Part shown: in pieces, positions 28,643-36,034 of the stretch
Layout: the number at the start of each line of letters is the position of its first letter
How positions within the stretch are numbered: the stretch's first letter is position 1
Origin: a virus
Taxonomy: Duplodnaviria > Caudoviricetes
Virus record (IMG/VR): IMGVR_UViG_3300027759_000044
Length of the DNA: 64,000 nucleotides
Reading direction: 5' to 3' (one strand)
The notes under the pieces: generated by a model
The model's database searches: none
What the model was told of the DNA's origin: nothing
What the model saw: only the letters and a program-made list of their open reading frames with translations
Position numbers and translations under genes: made by a program

Positions 28643-29349
28643 AACTCAGTGATAAAATTACTATTGTTGTACCTTGTAAGAATGAAGAAAATTATATTCA
28701 TTATTTGTTAGATTCGTTGCGTAGTCAAGATATTGGTGATACTAGAGTTATCATTGCTGACTGTTCTACTGATAATACTAGACAAGTCATTAACGATAAC
28801 AGTGATTCATTGAATATTGAAATCATTGAGGGTGGTCCTGTTTCTATTGCTAAGAATAACGGAGCACGATTAGTTACTACTCCTTATATACTATTCATTG
28901 ATGCTGATGTTCGTTTCTTTAAAAATAATGTCATTTATGATGCTGTTAATAAAATTGACTCTATGAATTTGGATCTTGTTGGATTGAATATCAAATGTTA
29001 TGACAAAGACCCAAGAGCAATGCTCGGTTTCACTCTTTTTAATACAATAAACAACACATTGAAATATTTTTCACCCTTTGCAGTTGGAGCATTTATGCTA
29101 ACTCGTAAAGATAAGTTTATAGAATACGGTGGATTCCCCGAACAGTTCTCAACTTCCGAAGATTATTTTTTGTCAAGGAAATATAGCCCTAAAAAGTTCA
29201 GAATTGTTAAACATCACTTTGGTCAAGATAGTCGTAGATTTAAAAAGATGGGATATCTTGGTATGGGTAAATATTTAATAAAAAATTTTGTTAATCGCAA
29301 TAATAAAAAATACTGGGATAGTTTAGACTCATCTAAATATTGGTCGTGA
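28639..29349 (+). CDS. GT2 family glycosyltransferase
   Basis: ITIVVPCKNEE, IIADCST, NNGA, LFIDADV (DxD), GGFPE, EDY. Confidence 0.85.
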   Translation: MKLSDKITIVVPCKNEENYIHYLLDSLRSQDIGDTRVIIADCSTDNTRQVINDNSDSLNIEIIEGGPVSIAKNNGARLVTTPYILFIDADVRFFKNNVIYDAVNKIDSMNLDLVGLNIKCYDKDPRAMLGFTLFNTINNTLKYFSPFAVGAFMLTRKDKFIEYGGFPEQFSTSEDYFLSRKYSPKKFRIVKHHFGQDSRRFKKMGYLGMGKYLIKNFVNRNNKKYWDSLDSSKYWS

Positions 29350-29350
29350 T

Positions 29351-29385
29351 TTGTAACATCACTGTCACACAATATCTATTAAATA
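29351..29385 (+). promoter_or_regulatory. Pho-box-like direct repeat plus TAAATA late element
   Basis: TTGTAAC-ATCA-CTGTCAC (29351-29368), 11-nt gap, TAAATA (29380-29385). Confidence 0.72.
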
Positions 29386-29432
29386 ATTATGTGCCATGGT
29401 GGCACACAAACTAACCCCACAAGGAGAAACCC

Positions 29433-30080
29433 ATGAGATTAGAAGATTTAGCCGCAAGATTAGTAGCTGTAGAAGCCAAATTAGCAAACCTAACTGGTAC
29501 AACAGTTAATACAGACAGTGCCACAAGCATTGAAGAACTAGACGCAAGACTTTCTGTAGTTGAAGTTCAGGTTGACCAATTAATCATTGAGAAAACAGAA
29601 GCTCACATTGGCGCTATTGTTGCCGCAGTAGCAAATGACGCACCAGTTGACGTAGCAGAAGTAGTTGCATTGTCATCAAGCGTATTCCATGAAGAAGCCG
29701 CTAGCATCGTTACTGATGTTGTTACAGCACAAACTGAAGCTGATCCAATTGTTCATACTGAAGTTGCTGATATTGTTTCAGCCGCTGTCATGGCAGTTGT
29801 TACAGCAGATCCAGAAGTTGTTATTGATCCAGTCGCAATCACAGAAGCTATCATGCAAGCAGTTGCTGATATGCCAGCCCCGACTCCAGAAGTAGCTCAA
29901 CAAGTTGCTGATGCAGTTGCGGAAGTTATCGCTACAGCTACAGGTGTTGAAGCAGTTGCCCCAGAAGTAACACAACAAATTGTGGAAGCAATCGCTACTC
30001 CTGCAGATCCTGCATTAGATGCAATTGAAGCACGTTTGAATATTGCTGAAGCAAAAGTTGATTTCTTGTTGGGAAAGTAA
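29433..30080 (+). CDS. acidic Ala/Val-rich coiled-coil protein of unknown function
   Basis: AAGGAG SD; three (L/I)xARLxxxExx(L/V) motifs; no Cys, Trp or Tyr. Confidence 0.75.
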   Translation: MRLEDLAARLVAVEAKLANLTGTTVNTDSATSIEELDARLSVVEVQVDQLIIEKTEAHIGAIVAAVANDAPVDVAEVVALSSSVFHEEAASIVTDVVTAQTEADPIVHTEVADIVSAAVMAVVTADPEVVIDPVAITEAIMQAVADMPAPTPEVAQQVADAVAEVIATATGVEAVAPEVTQQIVEAIATPADPALDAIEARLNIAEAKVDFLLGK

Positions 30081-30162
30081 TAATTAGTATTAAACGTTGG
30101 TTTTTTACTCTTTTTAAATCGGACACAAAATAGCGTGTCGCTGGATTTGCGTAACCAGTACT

Positions 30163-30186
30163 AAGGGCCCTATAGGGCTCTTTTTT
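30163..30186 (+). terminator. intrinsic terminator
   Basis: AAGGGCCC-TATA-GGGCTCTT followed by a T run. Confidence 0.75.
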
Positions 30187-30195
30187 ATTGGATAA

Positions 30196-30230
30196 TAGTA
30201 AAACAATTGTCATATTGCCTAGCATAAATA
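30196..30230 (+). promoter_or_regulatory. degenerate Pho-box-like repeat plus TAAATA late element
   Basis: TAGTAAA-ACAA-TTGTCAT (30196-30213), 11-nt gap, TAAATA (30225-30230). Confidence 0.6.
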
Positions 30231-30237
30231 CAGTACT

Positions 30238-31056
30238 ATGAAAAAACTACTACTATTATTATTCGTACTGATTAGTTCAGTTGTCCACGCACAATTACCA
30301 ACTAGTACTGTACCACTACCCGCTGATATTGCCGCAATTAAGAAAGCAAATGTTCTTATTGTGGCAATGACCAAAAAAGATAACCCTCCCTTCTTCAGTG
30401 GTGGCGAGGATGATATCAAAGGTCTTGACGTTGAAATTGCACGAAGAATAGGCGTAATGCTTGGAGTTCCTGTAAAATTTAGACGAGATGCCGAAAGTTT
30501 TGCTGAGGTTGTTGAACAAGTACGAGACGGGCGAGCAGATGTTGCAGTAAGTAAATTATCTGTCACAGCCCCTAGACTACAGGTTGTTAGATTCAGTGAT
30601 CCATATATTAAACTAAGACAAAGTTTAGTTATCAATCGTTTATGGTTAAGTCAAAACAGTCAAGGTAAAGAAACATATCAAGTCATTAGAGATTTTAACG
30701 GTAAGATAAGTTTTATTCGTAACTCAAGCTATGATACATTTGCCCGTATTAATTTCCCTAATGCTGTATTTCTTCCAGAAGATAAGTGGGACGTAATTAT
30801 CGATAAAGTTACACGTGGTGATATCGCAGCCGCTTATCGTGATGAATTTGAGATTAAGAAAATTGCTTTTGAAAAGCCAGATGCGGCAATCACAACAAAA
30901 AGTATTACAATCTCTGATAGCGTGGATAATATTGCTGTAGCAGTCAATCCTAAATCACTACAATTGTTAAGCATTATTAATTACGTTATTAAAAATGAAT
31001 ACAACAACATTGACACTAAAAAGTTAATGGATCGCTACAAAGCTGAAAAGAAATAA
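30238..31056 (+). CDS. periplasmic amino-acid-binding protein (SBP family 3)
   Basis: Signal peptide, PPFF...GLDVEIA, GRADVAVS..S.T..R motifs. Confidence 0.85.
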   Translation: MKKLLLLLFVLISSVVHAQLPTSTVPLPADIAAIKKANVLIVAMTKKDNPPFFSGGEDDIKGLDVEIARRIGVMLGVPVKFRRDAESFAEVVEQVRDGRADVAVSKLSVTAPRLQVVRFSDPYIKLRQSLVINRLWLSQNSQGKETYQVIRDFNGKISFIRNSSYDTFARINFPNAVFLPEDKWDVIIDKVTRGDIAAAYRDEFEIKKIAFEKPDAAITTKSITISDSVDNIAVAVNPKSLQLLSIINYVIKNEYNNIDTKKLMDRYKAEKK

Positions 31057-31065
31057 GGACCTAGT

Positions 31066-32343
31066 ATGACAACCGCACATTTAAAATCGTTTTTAACAAG
31101 CCCGTGGACCATACTTGGTTCTATTATAGTGGGCGTACTGAGCGGCGTTTACGCACCTGAGTTCAGCATAAACTTTGACAGTATTGGTAGTATCTATATC
31201 AGCTTACTTAAAGTTGTTGTTCTTCCATTCTTATTAGCAACTATATTAGTTGGTATAATTGGCTTACTACAAAAAGAAGGTAGTCAACAACTAATTCGTA
31301 AAATCATTATTGGTTTTGTGTCTAGTATGTTCTTAGCCGCAATCATTGGTGTTGGTACAGTTCTTGTTACAGGAACTGAAATGACTCCTGAAAAGAAAAC
31401 ACAACTTGGTGTACTAGTTAATACTAAGGATAGTGGAACTGATTTGAACATCACTCTTAAAGAACCAATGCCTATAGCACCAGAAGTTAGTGCTGGTAAA
31501 ATGGCAGAGAAGTTTATTCCAGAGAATATTTTTAATACACTAAACAATGGTGAAAGTTTGAAGATTGTTATATTCTGTTTAATCTTTGGTGTTGCCCTTG
31601 GTCATCTACAAACTGAAGGTCAAAAGATGTTGGTTGAAGTACTTAAAAGCATTCAACAAGCAAGTATCAGCATCTTTAAGTTCTTAAACTACTTCTTACC
31701 AATAGCATTGTTAGCAATGATTGCCGCTCAAGTTGGTAAAGTAGGTGTAGGTATATTCTTAACTATGTTTGACTTTGTGTTCCAGCAATTCATTGGTGGA
31801 CTATTAGTAGTTGCCGCAGGTACTGCTATGATTTGGTGGAGGTCTGGATTAAGTCTCTCCACTGTTATCAAAGAAACTAAAGAAACATTGATTGTTGCTG
31901 TTAGTTCACGTAGCTCTTTAGCTTGCATCCCATACGCACAAGAAGCATTACATAAACTACACTTTGACAAAGGTGGAGTTGAATTAACAGTTCCGTTAAG
32001 CTTTACAGTTAATCGTATTGGTAGTATTGTTTATTATGCTATTGCTACAGTATTCATTGCTAACATTTATGATGCACCACTAGGCTTAACAGGACTAGCA
32101 GTTGTATTGTTTGGTAGTATCTTAGCAGGACTAGCAAGTGCAGGTACAACAGGTATCCTTACAGTCGCTACAGTGGCAGTTGTGTGTGATTTGTTGAAAT
32201 TACCAAGCGAAGCTGTATTAGTATTACTAATCGCAGTTGATCCATTAATGGATATGATTCGCACAGCAAGTCATGTACACGGCAATGTAGCAGTAACAGC
32301 ATTTGTCTGCGACAAAGAGGTAGTTACTGGTGGACAAACTTAA
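31066..32343 (+). CDS. dicarboxylate/amino acid:cation symporter (DAACS, GltP-like)
   Basis: Multi-TM protein; LLKVVVLP, FIPENIF, SSRSS serine motif, PLSFTVN, IAVDPLMDMIRT. Confidence 0.88.
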   Translation: MTTAHLKSFLTSPWTILGSIIVGVLSGVYAPEFSINFDSIGSIYISLLKVVVLPFLLATILVGIIGLLQKEGSQQLIRKIIIGFVSSMFLAAIIGVGTVLVTGTEMTPEKKTQLGVLVNTKDSGTDLNITLKEPMPIAPEVSAGKMAEKFIPENIFNTLNNGESLKIVIFCLIFGVALGHLQTEGQKMLVEVLKSIQQASISIFKFLNYFLPIALLAMIAAQVGKVGVGIFLTMFDFVFQQFIGGLLVVAAGTAMIWWRSGLSLSTVIKETKETLIVAVSSRSSLACIPYAQEALHKLHFDKGGVELTVPLSFTVNRIGSIVYYAIATVFIANIYDAPLGLTGLAVVLFGSILAGLASAGTTGILTVATVAVVCDLLKLPSEAVLVLLIAVDPLMDMIRTASHVHGNVAVTAFVCDKEVVTGGQT

Positions 32344-32932
32344 AGATTTTCTCTTTAGTTTATTAACCTATATAGGCGAAAGTCCATTTCGCCTATTTAC
32401 CGTTGTCTTTCTCTGTATACTAGGATTTGCTGGTTGGATTGTTTATACAGAAAAAGACAACTTCTTGGCAACATATCGTGCCCAACAAGCATTGCCTAAG
32501 ATGAATGGAAGATATGAAGAAGCATATAATTTCTTATTAAAAAATACAGAAATAGAGCTTGTATCTATTATGGAAGTTAACACTTTAATAAACACAAGAA
32601 AAATTGTATTTGTGTCCACACGCAATGGTGGAAGAATTAAACAATACGATGGATTAGATGTTGGATTGTTTAGTAAAAACTATGATAACAATAATGATGT
32701 TATTGGTTTAATGTCTGGTAAGATACCATGTAGTCCATATCTTAAGCCACAAAGTCTTATTGGATTTGCGTATAGAGAAAATGGTGTTAACTATATGTGT
32801 AGAATTAGTGTACCAGCAGAGCCTGGCGTATTCATTGGACAAATTAGTGTAGGTTGGAAAGAACAACCCACTGATGTTGAAGCCGCACAAACCGCATTAG
32901 TTATTGCTTCTGCCTTGTTATTTAAAAAATGA
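32330..32932 (+). CDS. T4 gpT-like holin candidate (N-terminal TM plus GAF-like periplasmic domain)
   Basis: TM then WIVYTEKDNFLATY and VNYMCRISVPAEPGVFIGQISVGW, resembling recalled T4 T segments IVWYRGDSFFEYY and INYMYSCPYFNLDNIYAGTITMYW. Confidence 0.45.
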   Translation: MDKLKDFLFSLLTYIGESPFRLFTVVFLCILGFAGWIVYTEKDNFLATYRAQQALPKMNGRYEEAYNFLLKNTEIELVSIMEVNTLINTRKIVFVSTRNGGRIKQYDGLDVGLFSKNYDNNNDVIGLMSGKIPCSPYLKPQSLIGFAYRENGVNYMCRISVPAEPGVFIGQISVGWKEQPTDVEAAQTALVIASALLFKK

Positions 32933-32997
32933 GACTTCCTGCTGTCATCGCTATTGGTATTGGTATTTTTATAATCATAATATTGGTTATGGTATGA
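32929..32997 (+). CDS. 22-aa hydrophobic peptide coupled to both neighbours
   Basis: MRLPAVIAIGIGIFIIIILVMV; ATGA overlaps at both ends. Confidence 0.5.
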   Translation: MRLPAVIAIGIGIFIIIILVMV

Positions 32998-33686
32998 TTA
33001 AACGATTAGGAGTATTAGGTGGCATGGGCCCTGCCGCAAGTGCTGAATTTATAAGCAGACTAATACAACAAACTCCTGCAACGTGTGACCAAGAACATAT
33101 TCCATTTGTATTATGGAATGAGCCACGAACACCTGATCGTAGTACAAGTATGCGAGCCGGCAATGATGATCCTTTACCGTACTTGAAAGAAGGCATTCTA
33201 TCATTAAAAGCTGTAGGATGTGATTATATTGTCATACCTTGCAACTCAGCACATTACTGGTATACTGAATTAAATGAATTAGGTGTACCAATAATTCATA
33301 TTGTTAGTAGTGTAATTACAGAGTTAGACAGTTTAGCTATTCCAAATCAAACTATTGGTGTAATAGGAACACAAGGTACAATAGAGTACGGAATATATCA
33401 ACAACATTTAATAAAGCAAGGTTGGAAATGTATTGTACCAGACACAGCAGAGATGGATTACTTTGTTCAGCCTGCAATTGATTTTATTAAAGCTGGTAAT
33501 ATGGTGGAAGCAAATTCTTTGTTAGTCAAGGTTATTGACAGTTTAATTTCTCGTGGGGCAAAAGCTGTAGTATTAGGTTGTACAGAATTGCCATTAGCTG
33601 TTAGAGAATTAGAGCTAAACGGCATTCCTTTAGTTAATAGCATAGATAGTTTGGTTAAAAGAGCTATATTTCATGCCAACATGTGA
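32994..33686 (+). CDS. aspartate/glutamate racemase (PLP-independent)
   Basis: LGVLGGMGP, catalytic PCNSAH and LGCTELP; likely start is ATG 32994. Confidence 0.88.
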   Translation: MIKRLGVLGGMGPAASAEFISRLIQQTPATCDQEHIPFVLWNEPRTPDRSTSMRAGNDDPLPYLKEGILSLKAVGCDYIVIPCNSAHYWYTELNELGVPIIHIVSSVITELDSLAIPNQTIGVIGTQGTIEYGIYQQHLIKQGWKCIVPDTAEMDYFVQPAIDFIKAGNMVEANSLLVKVIDSLISRGAKAVVLGCTELPLAVRELELNGIPLVNSIDSLVKRAIFHANM

Positions 33687-33716
33687 TCCTAATCACACCT
33701 ACGTAAAATATTAGTA

Positions 33717-33746
33717 TTGACAGTACTAGTAGAAATGCTATATACT
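33717..33746 (+). promoter_or_regulatory. sigma70-type promoter
   Basis: TTGACA-18 nt-TATACT. Confidence 0.65.
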
Positions 33747-33778
33747 TATTGAGTTATTTTTATATAAAAAGGAAATTT

Positions 33779-34675
33779 ATGACAACTACAATTACAATCA
33801 AAGACAAACCGGTAAACACTACCTATCAAAACATCACTGGATTAACAGGTGGCGCAGGTGTTGAAGCCGCATTTGATGTTACAAAAACTAACGGAGTATA
33901 TTCCGTTGTATTAGATTCACTAGCCGCTAGCGCAGGTCGCGGTTACTTAGCTGGTGACACAATCACTCTTGCTGGTACGGCACTAGGCGGAACAGTTGCT
34001 AACAACTTAATCGTTACAGTTGCTACTGTTGGTACATTAGGTAAGATTGCTACATTTGGTGTAGTAGGTACAGGTCGTGTTGGCGATGGTACAGTTGATG
34101 TGGTAGTAGATGTTACTGGTACAAGCGGTATTGACACCTATACAACAGGTGGTGCAAGCACAGAGTATACAATTACAAAGACTGCCGCTAAAGTAACACT
34201 AGCAAGCACATTAGTTAGTAACATGGAATTCAATCTTGCCGACCACGAACGTGTTGTCTTTACTGACAAGGCTATTGCTTATGATGCTGCCGGTCGTGCA
34301 GGTGATGTATACGCATTACTAGCAGCCGCACTTGGTGTTGCTGATGTTACTAAAGCATATGAAGGCATTGGTATCTATCTTGCTGATGCTGGTTGGACAA
34401 ACAAAGAATTAGCCACAGCATTACTAGCTACGGACACTTATAAGGCAGACGCCGGTGGTGTTAGTGATGAAACATTCATTAAGCATGTTTACAAAAATGT
34501 AATGGGTACAACTGCTACTTTAGCAGATGTAACTTCATTGACAAATTGGATGACTGCTAACAAGTACAGCCAAGCTGATGTATTAGTTATTGCTAGTGAA
34601 TTGGCAACATTTGAAACAAGTATCGGTTTAGTTGGTTTAGCAACAACTGGTATTGAATATACACCAGTCGTATAA
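33779..34675 (+). CDS. S-layer-like surface protein (C-terminal DUF4214-like domain)
   Basis: AAGGA SD before ATG 33779; N-terminal AAFDV...GRGYLAGDTITL.G..LGG repeat-type module; C-terminal FIKHVYKNVMG...W...SQADVL...SE. Confidence 0.55.
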   Translation: MTTTITIKDKPVNTTYQNITGLTGGAGVEAAFDVTKTNGVYSVVLDSLAASAGRGYLAGDTITLAGTALGGTVANNLIVTVATVGTLGKIATFGVVGTGRVGDGTVDVVVDVTGTSGIDTYTTGGASTEYTITKTAAKVTLASTLVSNMEFNLADHERVVFTDKAIAYDAAGRAGDVYALLAAALGVADVTKAYEGIGIYLADAGWTNKELATALLATDTYKADAGGVSDETFIKHVYKNVMGTTATLADVTSLTNWMTANKYSQADVLVIASELATFETSIGLVGLATTGIEYTPVV

Positions 34676-34692
34676 TTAATATATACTACTAT

Positions 34693-34715
34693 AAAAGGCT
34701 CTTTGAGCCTTTTTT
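34693..34715. terminator. bidirectional intrinsic terminator
   Basis: AAAAGGCTC-TTT-GAGCCTTTTTT. Confidence 0.75.
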
Positions 34716-34823
34716 CATGTTAAAGCAGACGTTATTACGCAAACAACTATTTTATATGGGTAAGAAAAATCGCTCTAAATATTAGTCTAATCTGTTAACA
34801 GATTTTATTTAAAGGAAAATTAT

Positions 34824-35708
34824 ATGAAGAAAATCGCAATAGCGACATTATTGGCCGCAACAACACTAGTTGCAACTGCTCAAGTATCAGTCTCTGGTAA
34901 AATCAGCGAATTTGCTGACAATACTAAAACAGGTGCAACAAGCAAAACAACTCTTGTTACAGATCCAACAAGCAACTTCACATTTTCAGCAAATGAAAAT
35001 ATTGGTGGTGGTTTGAAGGCTCGTGTAGTATTAGATACAAGTTTGGCAGCTAATGATCCAACAGGTGGCTCTGCAACTAAGTTAGGTGATCGTCAATCAA
35101 CAGTCGGTTTAGCTAACAGACTAGGCAGTGTTGACCTAGGTCGCAACTTACATAGTCACTTCTTAGCAGTTACTAACAATGATGCCTTTGGTACATTGTA
35201 TGGTAGTATTGCCGGTGATGTACATAACTTGCGTGGTCTAAGAATGAGCAATGGTACATTCTTTGCATTGACACCAATCAAAGGTGTAACTGCAACCTAT
35301 GACCGCACAAATAATGGTGTAGGTACTGAAGCAACTAGCTATAGTGCATCAGCAACTGTTATGGGTGTTAATGCTGTAGTTGCCCAATATAGTCAAGGTA
35401 CTGAAAAAAGTACTGTATATGGTGGTAGCGCAAAATTAGGCGGTACTCAAGTATTTTACACACATAGTGATGACAAAGGTGTAGGCGCACATAAGGGTGA
35501 TTTGATTGGCGCAAGTCAAGCATTTGGTCCAGTAACTGCTAAAGCAAGTTTTGGTAAAACAAATACCAATGTTAAAGCTTATTCAATGGGTGCTGATTAT
35601 AACTTCAGTAAGCGTACTGCTCTTGGTGTCAACTATCGTAGTGTTGATGCTACAGGTACAGCAAATGACGTAAAACAAGTTGGAGTTGGTGTAACACATC
35701 GCTTCTAA
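34824..35708 (+). CDS. Gram-negative general diffusion porin (betaproteobacterial type)
   Basis: Signal peptide, ENIGGGLKA, DRQSTVGL...LGSVDLGR, GADYNFSKRT, C-terminal GVTHRF. Confidence 0.85.
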   Translation: MKKIAIATLLAATTLVATAQVSVSGKISEFADNTKTGATSKTTLVTDPTSNFTFSANENIGGGLKARVVLDTSLAANDPTGGSATKLGDRQSTVGLANRLGSVDLGRNLHSHFLAVTNNDAFGTLYGSIAGDVHNLRGLRMSNGTFFALTPIKGVTATYDRTNNGVGTEATSYSASATVMGVNAVVAQYSQGTEKSTVYGGSAKLGGTQVFYTHSDDKGVGAHKGDLIGASQAFGPVTAKASFGKTNTNVKAYSMGADYNFSKRTALGVNYRSVDATGTANDVKQVGVGVTHRF

Positions 35709-35724
35709 TCTCAACGAGATTACA

Positions 35725-35748
35725 TAAAAAGGCTCTCAGGAGCCTTTT
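35725..35748. terminator. bidirectional terminator, copy 1 of a 24-bp identical repeat
   Basis: TAAAAAGGCTCTCAGGAGCCTTTT, identical to 42087-42110. Confidence 0.8.
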
Positions 35749-35785
35749 ATATTGGGTATAAATATATAGTTATAAAGGAATTATA

Positions 35786-36001
35786 ATGATAGACTTAGAA
35801 AACATGCCAGCACCAACACAAGAAGAAATTGCTGAAGCAAGAGAAAACGCATTTAATGCTGAACGTCCAGCATCATGGATATGGGATGAAGCTGCTGTAT
35901 CATATGTTGCACCAACCTCACCCCCGTCAGATGGATATCCTTATTTATGGGATGAAGATACAACTAGTTGGACTCCTTTCCCGGGATATCCTAGAGGATA
36001 A
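35786..36001 (+). CDS. small Trp-motif protein related to the C-terminus of 40229..40594 (fibre-associated)
   Basis: TATAAATA at 35757-35764, AAGGA SD; SWIWDE...P.DG.PYLWDE..TSW. Confidence 0.6.
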   Translation: MIDLENMPAPTQEEIAEARENAFNAERPASWIWDEAAVSYVAPTSPPSDGYPYLWDEDTTSWTPFPGYPRG

Positions 36002-36034
36002 TTGATAAATATAATATAACGTAGGAATAATAAA

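Noticed and set aside
29433-30080. Gas vesicle protein similarity (AIEARL resembles GvpA AIEARI)
   Set aside because: Only a short chance match; the length, composition and remaining GvpA motifs do not fit
32942-32948. CTGTCAT Pho half-site
   Set aside because: Single half-site inside a coding region, with no partner at 11 bp and no downstream TAAATA at the conserved offset
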